Source: Perkinsus chesapeaki ATCC PRA-425
Taxonomy: Eukaryota > Protista > Perkinsozoa
Assembly: GCA_013115145.1 (NCBI GenBank)
Contig: JAAPAO010000148.1
Location: forward strand, 1-62,163
Length of the DNA stretch: 62,163 nt
Direction: 5' to 3'
The position numbers and the translations under genes were made by a program. The notes under the pieces are model-generated. The model worked only from the letters and a program-made list of their open reading frames with translations. It did no database searches and had not been told where the DNA came from. Below are positions 22,906-32,736 of this stretch, in pieces (the stretch's first letter is position 1; each line of letters opens with the position of its first letter).

Positions 22906-23115
22906 CTAACTGAGAGTTCGATTAATAAGGTTGGGAGCCGCGCTCATTATCACCCTAGTGATGAGATTTTCGATGTACTCCTTAAGAAGGTCATTCTCCT
23001 CCTCAAGCGCAGCATTCTGCAGTCGGACCTCCTCCGCTTTATACGTCAGTTCACTGAGGGCCCGCTGAAGCTCCATTGCTCGATCGATGAGCTTCTCCCT
23101 ATCGGGCGTAGGCAT
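22906..23115 (-). CDS. SCOC: Short coiled-coil protein (SCOC/Slo1-like)
   Basis: REKLIDRAMELQRALSELTYKAEEVRLQNAALEEENDLLKEYIENL matches the SCOC pattern (LI..V.ELQ..L..L......EN..L..YIENL). Confidence 0.8.
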   Translation of the reverse strand: MPTPDREKLIDRAMELQRALSELTYKAEEVRLQNAALEEENDLLKEYIENLITRVIMSAAPNLINRTLS

Positions 23116-23204
23116 ACCAGTGACGGGGGGGTGACAGGCACTAGTATGGACTGGAACGCAACAGCCAGGGGTCACGAAGAAACTCAAAAAATAAAACTTT
23201 CATC

Positions 23205-24110
23205 CTACATGTTGGTGATGGCAACTATTAAGAAGAGCATGAGGAGCACCGTTACGAACATCAAACAGGCTGTTAGCATTCTTCGAGTGCACCAGCAATC
23301 CTCACCGAAGCATCGACAACATCTCCACGAGTCATGAGCAGCGGTCAGGAACCATCTGAGGTTCACGAAAATGCCATCAGTGCTCAAATGCCGTGCGACC
23401 AGATTCAGTTGCTGACTAGAGAACCGCTATGAATATGACGAACGGCGTTACCTGGATGAATCGAGAGGTTGTTGTATCCTCCTTTCTGCTATTGAAGTGG
23501 GCGCCTCCTCATCTGGATCACGAAGAGGAACTAGCTCCCGTTCACTGACTCGGGAGGATCGAAAGAAGCTGCCAAATGGGCACCAAGACGGAAAACTGAA
23601 CCAACTTGGATACGCCGGCCACGAGGATAGCCCTACCCGGCAGACGGTTCCTCTTCGTAAGGAGGGCCATCATCAATCAAACGTTCAGTGTAACCAGTTC
23701 TCATCGGCCTACTCCATATGCTCCTATCCCACCCACCGCAAGCCTACCTACCGCCTCACACCATCATGTGTTGGGGATGGACTGTCGTTCGGTGCAGCTG
23801 TAAGTTGATGACGTTGCTCCATTTCCTGTTGTCTATGGACCTCCTCTGCATGCCTCAGATCCATCTCCTGCTTTAGTCGTATCTCTTCGTGGGACTGCAG
23901 TGTCTGAGCCAGCTCCCAGTCGGCATCCTGGCACAAGTTCGCCTGGTCTCCATTACAAACACGTCACCTCCTGTTCTTGCCGGGCCTCTTCTGCCTCTCG
24001 CTCCTCGTACCGTTGCTGATGCCGCCGCCTGAAATGGGCCATCCTCCTCCAAAAAGTCAGAATCAGCCAGTTTGTCGTTTGCTATTTACCGATAGTCATC
24101 CATAGTAGTA
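23205..24110 (-). CDS. Hypothetical protein with a charged coiled region and a C-terminal transmembrane helix
   Basis: Exons ADWELAQTLQSHEEIRLKQE and LTACLMFVTVLLMLFLIVAITNM*, linked by plausible introns. Confidence 0.45.
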
Positions 24111-24756
24111 CTGCCGTTATGATTCACGATATTGGATGAAGATGAAGATGATGATGACATGTTTATCGGCACCCACTGAACCGGTTTGATCTATCATTAA
24201 CCAACACTTAGAACTCAGAACTGCACGTGGCTCTTGGAATGGAACACTCCATTGGCAAGGTGCACAATACTCCGTACCTAGGCAACATGGATGGGTTATA
24301 AGGACGTTACAAAACGGCGGCCCTCGCCCATGAAGGACGATCCTGCCAGGATGAGTTGTTGATTCAAAGAGCCGAAAGTAGATAATGTACCACAAAGTTG
24401 TGTTTTTTGAAGACCCCATTCGTCTGAACATTTTTGAGTCTATTTCGCAATGCGACCTTTGGCGTATCTTTTTCATCCGTCCTCATTCGACATGTTGACG
24501 TCAAAAACTCTTCATGTGTTTTGACGAGTACTGTCTTCTGCTCATGCATTTGTGCTTACAAATTTTAAGAATTTCATTCTCCCGCATTAATCTTAGTCTG
24601 AACAAAAAGCTGTAAAAATAAAAGACGTCATCAAGCAAAACATTTTGCACTGCAGAAACGTCCTCGCTGGGAATCGAACTCGAGCCTTCCTCTCTTTCTT
24701 ACAATCTTACACGTCCTTACGTAATCTCCACACTTCATCGAACGCCGGCTTCGAAT

Positions 24757-25350
24757 TGAAAATACTGCTAGGCCTGTTCGTAATAGCTCGGTTAGTTATC
24801 GGTATCGAGGGTAGCGGTGTAATTGCTACTACCATTCGGCAGCTGGCTGGCCCCATACCGCTCTCGTTCCCTCCCGACTGCTCTAAGGCACACAAGCCGG
24901 CCAATTCTTCACTCTGAGTAACTGGAGATGTCGACATTGGTCTGAAACGGGTCCTCAATTCCGACACTCGCATATTGAATGTATTTGAGGCGAACAAGGC
25001 TGTCCTCTGGCTTACACTCGGCCCGCTGGGTGGCTGTGCGGTGACATTTTTTACGACATTTCTCAGCTACATGTTTCCATGTCTTTTGCAATACGGAATT
25101 ATTATATGTACCTCAGGTGGTTCTCCCGCTAAGTATAAATTCTAATCAACTAAAAGATGCTAGGCCTCCTCGACCTGGACATCTCTGTCGAAGCTGGGTT
25201 CTACTCCCACGGCCGGAGGACGTTCTTGCCTTTTATACCATTCAGTGGTGCAGGCCATGCCTATGTCAACCCACACTTCGACGTCGGGCGTTACGGTCGA
25301 GCGGTCCGTCAAGGGTCCGGATCCTGAAGCCTCGTTCAGGTTGGTGAATA
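24757..25350 (+). pseudogene. Degenerate member of the 29659/33434 secreted-protein family
   Basis: IGIEG...LSFPPDCS...L*VTGD aligns to IGAEG...FSFPPNCS...FCATGD (stop replaces Cys). AGHAYVNPHFDVG aligns to RGHAYANPSFDVG. Confidence 0.7.
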
Positions 25351-26244
25351 CTGTTAGTTCTGTGAAGGGATCTATCTTCCCTTAGTACGTCTCCAGTAGC
25401 CTCACGTTCGATCTCAACTCTACCCGGTATCTCACAAGCAGCGCGCCATTTATGGACTGAAGCATACAGAAGCCCAACTTAGCTGCTGCGTAGTGTAGCT
25501 GAATGGATATGCTATCTTTGTTAAATTTATCAAACCCAAGGTCAATTGTCGTATTTGTCCGGGATCATATTCACAGCTTTTTGCTCTGTCATCATACCCG
25601 CCTATATAGGGGGGTGAACTTAGACGGTTCTGCCAACTAAAATTGTCGTCTCTGTGCATCTCTGCTTTCCTTCGATGCGTAATTGCGTTAATCCAGTTTG
25701 AGCTTGTCTTTTGGAAGAAGCTTCCATGGGGGAAGCTCAAGCCTTGTGAGCCTAGAACAGCGTGCCCCAGATGGAGGATCATTCGACAGTACATAAAAGT
25801 ACTCAGTAGCGCTTTTCGAGGAAGACCTTCTGTTGCATATGCCGTGTGTCATCATACAGAAACGCTATAATGCAAATTTTTAGCGAACTTGCATTTTAGA
25901 GAGCAATCGGCAAAAAGAAAGATGAACCTCTGTTCAGTTTAGGAAATGAACTTTAGAGTCCTGGTAATGACGAACGTTGCCACTATAAATCACACGTGAT
26001 ATTATGAGCTCTTACTTGTGATTAGTTGTTGTTGTTATTATGTTGAACTATCTATACCAATGAAGGTCACTAAACTCTATCCGCCTACAGTCCCAGCATT
26101 CGATCTCTGGCTTGCCCTCTTCTGTGGTGTTACAGAATGTTGTACATCATTCCTCATATTCACCCCATCCATAACAGACACTTTCTCCGAGAGCTTTCTG
26201 GTAAATTTGGGGCTCCCCTATCGGACTGTCGTCTAACCTTTTGA

Positions 26245-28896
26245 ATGTCATCGAGATCACTACAACATCGGCTCCTGTGCCGATATGTATTTCTTTTTTC
26301 AAATTGTGCTAATAGGAGTATCGGAAATGCCGGCTTACTCGATTATCCCAACCTATTCTCCCTTGATGCGGGAGCATCAAAATCAGTTGGATTTCCGCCA
26401 GAGACAATGGGTGCATATTTTTTGACCCAAACTGCCACTGTGTCCCTCTTTCAGATCCTTGGTTTGGTCATCGCTATTATATCAAGTCAGCTAACTCTAC
26501 CATCAGCATTCGAGTGGACTATGAAGACTGTTATCGCGTCCTGGTATGGTGCTGGATATGGGTGCGCAATAGTTGCCTTCGTCACCGCTGTTAACCATAA
26601 CACCTACAATCCTTACATTGGCGTGGCGGTCTCCATCCCCTTTGCGATCTTTGTTTGTCTAGCTGAGCAAGCCAACGTGTCTCATTGCAAGTTCAGTGCC
26701 ATCTACAGAGGCGACAAGGCGCTGCTCCTTATAATGCTGGTGGTTGTCTTCGGCGGTGACCGGCCCTACTGGGCTGCACTCACAGCATGTATTGCCTACA
26801 CAACAGGGACGACTATCACCCTCTTGGGAACATTCATATTATGGACTCTCCATCTGCTACCAAGGCCTGGCCCCGATCCAATGGCTCTTTTGGGCCACCG
26901 GATGGCGCAGTTCTTCGAGGAGATTTCCTCCGTGGCGCCCGTTGGGGAGATCCAGCAGCAGGAGCTCGATCAAAAGTGGAAGAATCTTGACAAGGCCGCA
27001 GCGGGAGCCGCCAAGACCCCCGACCCCCACCTGCGCGCTATAATTTTTTCAATGGTTTCGTCTCTGTCAACTTTGGCACGCTCGCTCAAGCATGCAGCTT
27101 TCAGCGAGATCTCTTTGAAGGAGCTATGGGAGCCCGTCGATCACACACTCAATATCATCCGCGTTGAGGTTGTATCTCGCCTGCGTCCTAGTCCCGACAA
27201 CCGCACATTGAAGCTCGATCTATATGACTTAGCCAGGACACTAAGACGGAATGCAACTGACACCTTGGCGACTTACACTGTACAGGTTGAGACAGGCGCA
27301 ATGAAGCCTATATCCGAGTCTGAGCTGGCTCGGTTTGATTTCTGTACTAGAGAGATTGCCAACTATGTGCAACTTGTGGCAGACTTCCTTTTCCGTATTA
27401 ACAATCCTCCTTCCTCGATGCACACCTCTCGCGCATATATTGAACTAAAAGTGAAGAAGTGGTTGGAAGCCCCTGTATTCAAGCCACTGAATCCTCCGAC
27501 TCCATGGCTAATAAGATTGGCATATCCAATCCGTTCGGGCATCGGTGCTTGTATCGCTGGTTGGATTATCCTGGGTATAGGAGAGGCGTTGGAGCCTGTA
27601 AAGGAGTACGGTTTGTGGATGATGCTGCCCTGCGTATTCTGTTTCCTACCAACCCCAGGAGCATCGTTGGTGAAGGGAACAAGGAGAGTTCTCGGAACCA
27701 TCTGCGCCGGTATTCTGGCTATTATTTGTGTCAGCATCCATCCATACAATAAACCTGCATTTTTCGTGGAGTTATTCGTCGTGTCGTTCCTCGGCAAGCT
27801 GTTGAAGTGCAGCCCGAAAGTTGACTATGCCGGCTTGGTCTTTGCTTTTACTTGGGTGATTGTCGGTCTAGCTGCCGGAACAGATGGGCATCTAGATGAG
27901 AGCGAGATGGTCCTCCGTTCGGTGTACAGAGCTATCCTTACTACATGTGGTGTTATTTTGGCTACTATCATATCAACTCTTGTGTTCCCCGAGTTCGCAT
28001 ATGGGCGACTTAGACGTGCTACAGCTCGCGCTATTGAGAAGCAAGGAGAGATGGTGGCAAATGCGGTGAAGCAGATTCAAGATTCTGAGCCTGCAGACAG
28101 CAGTGGAAATGGTGCCTTAGACGACAAGATAATTGCAGCGGGCGATGAGCTGCTTGAGCTTAGAGGAGAACGGTGGTCTCAAGTTACCGATGCCACAGTG
28201 GAGACCAAACTCTTCTCCTGCCTGCGGGGAATGTTCAAGAGTGACGAGCGCCGAGTTAATGCTGCTCATATAATAGCCTGTCAACCGTTTTTGGATCGGT
28301 TGAATAGACGGACAATGGTTGTGGTAACTGCCGCGGGCTCCTTCCACCCGAGCTCAGATGAGCCTCTGCCAGAAGTAACAGATGCCCTTACTGGTCTTAC
28401 ACCATTTATATCGGATATGAATGATGCTGGTAAAGAACTTGCCAAGATAACCAACAAGCACGGCAGTCATCTTGGTCTGTGGGATGCGCGCTCGAGGAAA
28501 TTTGACGAGGCTCAGGCCGCGCTCACCGACGTTGAGAGTAGCATGCAAACAGCTATGCGAGAGTCGCGGAGAAGAAGGGCGAGGAGTGACGTGGATGAGG
28601 CAAAGGAAGAGGACTTGAGCGACGTCTATGCTATTTTACGAGCGCTTTCCCTCTTTATGGAGGCCTGGACGGATGTTGAACATATGATGTATTTTGGTTA
28701 TGTTAAAGATACAACCACAGCTAGTCCCTTCGCCTTTGACGACGACCGGGAAACGAGGCCCCGGGAAATGAAGAGGTTGCCCACCACAGGTGTTGCCCGC
28801 CTTCGTGCTTATTCTACCCTCGGTAGCCCCCATTCGCCGCAGGATAGCGCCACTATGAGCGGCTCTCCGGCGAGAAGTGATGGCCGCTCTACTTGA
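26245..28896 (+). CDS. ALMT / FUSC-like (aromatic acid exporter superfamily) multi-pass transporter, 883 aa
   Basis: Two bundles of TM helices. Second repeat YPIRSGIG...YGLWMMLPCVFCFLPTPGASLVKGTRRVLGT...DYAGLVFAFTWVIV...RAILT is the ALMT/FUSC signature. Confidence 0.85.
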   Translation: MSSRSLQHRLLCRYVFLFSNCANRSIGNAGLLDYPNLFSLDAGASKSVGFPPETMGAYFLTQTATVSLFQILGLVIAIISSQLTLPSAFEWTMKTVIASWYGAGYGCAIVAFVTAVNHNTYNPYIGVAVSIPFAIFVCLAEQANVSHCKFSAIYRGDKALLLIMLVVVFGGDRPYWAALTACIAYTTGTTITLLGTFILWTLHLLPRPGPDPMALLGHRMAQFFEEISSVAPVGEIQQQELDQKWKNLDKAAAGAAKTPDPHLRAIIFSMVSSLSTLARSLKHAAFSEISLKELWEPVDHTLNIIRVEVVSRLRPSPDNRTLKLDLYDLARTLRRNATDTLATYTVQVETGAMKPISESELARFDFCTREIANYVQLVADFLFRINNPPSSMHTSRAYIELKVKKWLEAPVFKPLNPPTPWLIRLAYPIRSGIGACIAGWIILGIGEALEPVKEYGLWMMLPCVFCFLPTPGASLVKGTRRVLGTICAGILAIICVSIHPYNKPAFFVELFVVSFLGKLLKCSPKVDYAGLVFAFTWVIVGLAAGTDGHLDESEMVLRSVYRAILTTCGVILATIISTLVFPEFAYGRLRRATARAIEKQGEMVANAVKQIQDSEPADSSGNGALDDKIIAAGDELLELRGERWSQVTDATVETKLFSCLRGMFKSDERRVNAAHIIACQPFLDRLNRRTMVVVTAAGSFHPSSDEPLPEVTDALTGLTPFISDMNDAGKELAKITNKHGSHLGLWDARSRKFDEAQAALTDVESSMQTAMRESRRRRARSDVDEAKEEDLSDVYAILRALSLFMEAWTDVEHMMYFGYVKDTTTASPFAFDDDRETRPREMKRLPTTGVARLRAYSTLGSPHSPQDSATMSGSPARSDGRST

Positions 28897-29340
28897 CTCT
28901 AATGCTTGCTATTACTTCACAGTACTTGTTCGCTGCAGTACTCACTGTTTAGTATATTTTTTTATAACAGCTGCCTTTGTTATATCATTTGCCATTTCAA
29001 CTGCATCGGTTTCGAGTTGCCGCTAAGTCTCAAGAATGCCCGTTAAGAAGTATTAAGTGACATTTCCCCGTGGTTATAATATAACCGTTATACAACAGAG
29101 CACTCCCACAGCCAGAGGAGGCTCATTGACAGAGGCATTCTAGTCCAAGCCGTTACGGTGGTGCAAATGTTATACTTAGCTTTTGCTGACTCAAGTCTGA
29201 ATTCCACGATTCGCGAAGTTAGAAGTCGTTGTATTCACGAACATCGGATTGTTGTTCGTCACCTCTTTGAAACTTGCCTGCTCGTGCACTTAAAGCTGGC
29301 ACTGTACCATCGGAGAAACACTGATATTATGGACTTTAGT

Positions 29341-29382
29341 GGGGACAGTGTGTCACGTCACGGGGACAGTGTGTCACGTCAC
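29341..29382. repeat. 21-bp perfect tandem duplication GGGGACAGTGTGTCACGTCAC x2
   Basis: Two adjacent copies here; a single copy at the paralogous site near 33149. Confidence 0.9.
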
Positions 29383-29658
29383 CGACTTGTGTATCTGGTC
29401 GATATCGAATGAAGATGCACGTGAAGATAAGTGGCGTCCGAAATGCAGGGTGACCGACTCAGTACTCATTAACACACGCGGTTCGATCGACGGACAAGAA
29501 ATCTTGAGAGCGTTGAATGAGAGTATAGAGATTTAACCAAACCAGGGGGCAAGGCCCACGGCGCAATGCGCCAGGCGCATAGGACACATGTGACGGGGCG
29601 GCTTATCCTCGGTCGCCCACTAACAATTCAACAATTGACAGAAAACATTTCGGCCGAA

Positions 29659-30432
29659 ATGTCGCTGAGCTACTTCATCATCGGATGGTTCATTATCGGC
29701 GCTGAAGGTGACGATTATAGAAACGATGGTCTCCCTTCCCGACACATGGCTATTCCTGGGGAATTCTCATTCCCGCCTAATTGCTCCGAAGCTTCCAGCC
29801 GTGGTAACTCAACGTTTTGTGCAACTGGAGACTACTATGCCGTTGGTGAACAATTAAGCCTCGACCTGGATATACGCCTATACGATGCACGTGTTCCGAA
29901 TAAGTCAGTGCTTTTCGGTTTAAATGTCGTATTTGACAAAAGCGTTCCCAGTAGGCTGACCGTCCGAACTGGTGGGTGTGCTGCCCCAGCTTCCTCCGGA
30001 TTAAACTTTTTGGGTGCCTCATGGCGCGTCACCCCTACCATATGTACATCTGGTGGCGGTTCTAGTGACTTTGACCTGTCAACAAGGGGTTTCTCGGCTA
30101 ACTTCGAAGTATATGGTGATACTGGTATACATCTCGATGTCATAAGAGCCTTTCTCCCGGCGGTACCCTTCAGGGCGAGGGGCCATGCCTATGCGAATCC
30201 ATCTTTCGATGTGGGGCTACACGCAACCGTCGAGGACTCTGGTGGAGTACCCAATTTATTTGAGATTGCACTGAACTTCGTCAATACTATCAACTCCGTG
30301 AGAAACTCAACGAAGACCTGGCGTGTATTCAGTGGAGTCAGCTTCACCGTCAACGGTACCGGAATCGGTCGTCATTCATACAATACTACTTTCATCGACC
30401 AAATTGTGAACCTAGAGCCATTTTCCTACTAA
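29659..30432 (+). CDS. Intronless secreted beta-rich protein of unknown family (copy A)
   Basis: Signal-like MSLSYFIIGWFIIGAEG; open to the stop; near-identical paralog at 33434. Confidence 0.8.
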   Translation: MSLSYFIIGWFIIGAEGDDYRNDGLPSRHMAIPGEFSFPPNCSEASSRGNSTFCATGDYYAVGEQLSLDLDIRLYDARVPNKSVLFGLNVVFDKSVPSRLTVRTGGCAAPASSGLNFLGASWRVTPTICTSGGGSSDFDLSTRGFSANFEVYGDTGIHLDVIRAFLPAVPFRARGHAYANPSFDVGLHATVEDSGGVPNLFEIALNFVNTINSVRNSTKTWRVFSGVSFTVNGTGIGRHSYNTTFIDQIVNLEPFSY

Positions 30433-30559
30433 GAACTGTAAAATTGATATTAGTCTGATAGCTCGTATACGTCTTAACATTAGCTTAGCAGTTCGATTCA
30501 TTATTTGGTATGATTCACCTCTCAGGTGAATCAATGTCAACTCTATATCAGTTCGTCAA

Positions 30560-31000
30560 TCATGTGTATGCCGCAACTTGAGGGTCCTTAGCAACGCTGC
30601 GTATGACGGCTAATAGGACCATTCTGTAGCTTGCTCGACGGCGATCGCTAGCTCGACATCTTTGTAGTACTACGTTGTTGCTAACGATCAGAATTTTTGG
30701 TCCATCAATCAATCGGTTCATCTGATTCATCGTTTCAATCAGCTCGAAAGTGTATTGTGATATTATATAATAAAACCAGTCAGCTACCATACATGGTATT
30801 TATATACACTGCAAGACCAATGGTCATCCTTCGCCACGTATGATGGGGGAAGGTTACATTTCGCCCGCTGGCTTCAGGCCGGTCACCTGCGTCGTTAAGA
30901 ATCCTTATTTGTAACCAAGCGTCGCATTTTAGGGAAAGACTATGTACCAAGAATGTACTGGTCATGGTATTGCTTGTTGATGAGAATTGCGCTGGCCCAT
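30560..31000 (-). pseudogene. Decayed minus-strand gene remnant with related copies at about 32150-32640 and 34330-34524
   Basis: Shared blocks such as YKDVELAIAVEQATEWSY / YKNVWLTIIGERVTQWSY and TAGGGAAAGACTA; stops and indels in every frame. Confidence 0.4.
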
Positions 31001-31755
31001 TACCAGAAATCACATTTCGTCCGAGTTGAGAGAAAGTTGGAAGCGCGCGGCTTTAATCGGAAATACCCTCTTCTTCCGTCAGAGGACAACAAGTTGTATA
31101 CAGTCTTAAGGAGTCATACAGAGAAACTTCGCAACACGATTAGACAGCCCACGCCAAGAGCATACTATTTGCAGACGTATTCTAGCCCAAAGCGAAGAGC
31201 CGACTTACATGCTGCACCTGGCGTTTTCTAAGCCTCCAGTCTTCCCTCTAAGAGTAGACACCTTTTCCCCCAGCGAGAATGAGAGGTGGAGAAAAAACCT
31301 CGGCCGTGACACAGCCTGCACTCACAGCCTGTACTCGCCAATCTTCAAGACAGGACTCCTTGTGTAGTCTCACGAACTTCAGTGTTGATTAGCACATCGA
31401 ACCCAAATAAAAATCACATATTGATAGGAGACGAGCGATTCTGCCCCTGGCTAGAATGTCCCAAAGCCCACTACTGTTGACCAACTGAGCACGCGCCCTT
31501 TGATAGGGGCGATTAATGAGAGTATAGTAATGGAACCAAACCAGAATGCATGGGTTCCACGGCGCGTGGAACACATCGGGCGAGGCGACTTTTCTTGGTA
31601 GTTCATCCAAAATTAACAGTTCGCGGTAAACATTTGAACTACTATGTTACCCTTATTTGCTACCCATCATCGTGTTGTTCATTATCGGCGTTACCAGTGA
31701 CGGTGATAGAAGTGTGGGCGCCCCTTCCCATCTACACCATTTCCAGACTCATTTA

Positions 31756-31878
31756 AATAAAGCCTAGACCAAGTTGGTATAAACCCGGAGCAATCAAAGA
31801 AAGCCGAGACCAACTCAGTGAAACACCAGGGCAGTTGAATAAAGCCCAGACTGGATCAGTAAAACTCCAGAAGCTCGG
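31756..31878. repeat. Degenerate tandem repeat, 3 x 41 bp (AA-AAAGCC-AGAC core)
   Basis: AAGCC[T/G/C]AGAC recurs at an exact 41-nt spacing (units start at 31756, 31797, 31838). Confidence 0.65.
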
Positions 31879-32736
31879 GCTGTACTCGCCTCCTCCAATG
31901 CAATCAATTCCGAGAATAAATCAACATCAACCTGGCGAATGGTAAACCGACTTGGTTTCGATGTCTACAGTACCCAAAATGGTCGCAGTGCACACAGAGC
32001 GACCTTCGTGGACCGAATTGAGGAAATACAGGTACCTGCCTAGGCGGCTAGCGTTGAACTGACACTGGTCCGACAAAGCTTAGCAGGAATGTTGATCCCC
32101 CGACATGATTCATGCTTCAGTTAGACCAATACACTATCGCCAGTTCTGGAATTATTTATATGTCACGAGTTGACAGTCCTTCAAACCCATGCTTATGGAG
32201 GCGAGTAAGACCATTGTGTAACACGCTCGCCGATGATCGTTAGCCAGACATTTTTGTACCGCCTTGCTCTTGCTAGCGATCAGTATAACGATAAGAAACA
32301 TGCGTCTGTTGGTTATGCACTGCTCAATCTGTTTGAAAGCGTGCCGTTGTATATCACGCAACGTAATGCAAAGAGCGTAATTTATGCTCCTCGCAATAAA
32401 ATATGCCAACTTGTAAGACTCTATCTGTCCAAGCGTTAATCTACATTGTAAGACCACGGATCATCTGTAGGAAGTATAACAGATGGCCCATCTGAGATGG
32501 GAAGCTTCATATACTTGTCTGGAGTCGAACCGGTCACGTATGCCGTTTGGAATCGGCATTCTGGCTTTGGACAGTCTTCTACCAAAGCGTCCGTTGTAGG
32601 GAAAGACTACTAGGAATGTACGGGTTATGCTAGTGATGCAGGCGCAAATTGCGCCATTCAGTGGTGCAGGCTACGCTTTTGTCAACCCACACTTCGACGT
32701 CAGACCGAAAGTCGGTCGAGAGATCCGTCGGGGCTC

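Larger units (their letters stand above)
28936..30760 (+). repeat. Segmental duplication, copy A (about 1.8 kb)
   Basis: Collinear, highly similar sequence at 32737-34524, covering upstream region, gene and 3' flank. Confidence 0.9.

Noticed and set aside
24659-24692. tRNA-like 3' half / B-box (GAGTTCGATTCCCAGCGAGGACG, minus strand)
   Set aside because: The T-stem does not pair and no D arm, anticodon arm or 5' acceptor strand is present. At most a decayed tRNA or SINE relic.
30692-30700. Sm-site-like AATTTTTGG
   Set aside because: Not conserved in the duplicate (AATTCCCGG) and no snRNA-like structure around it.
31756-31878. Possible CRISPR-like array
   Set aside because: Units are contiguous and degenerate with no unique spacers, no cas genes are present, and the context is eukaryotic.
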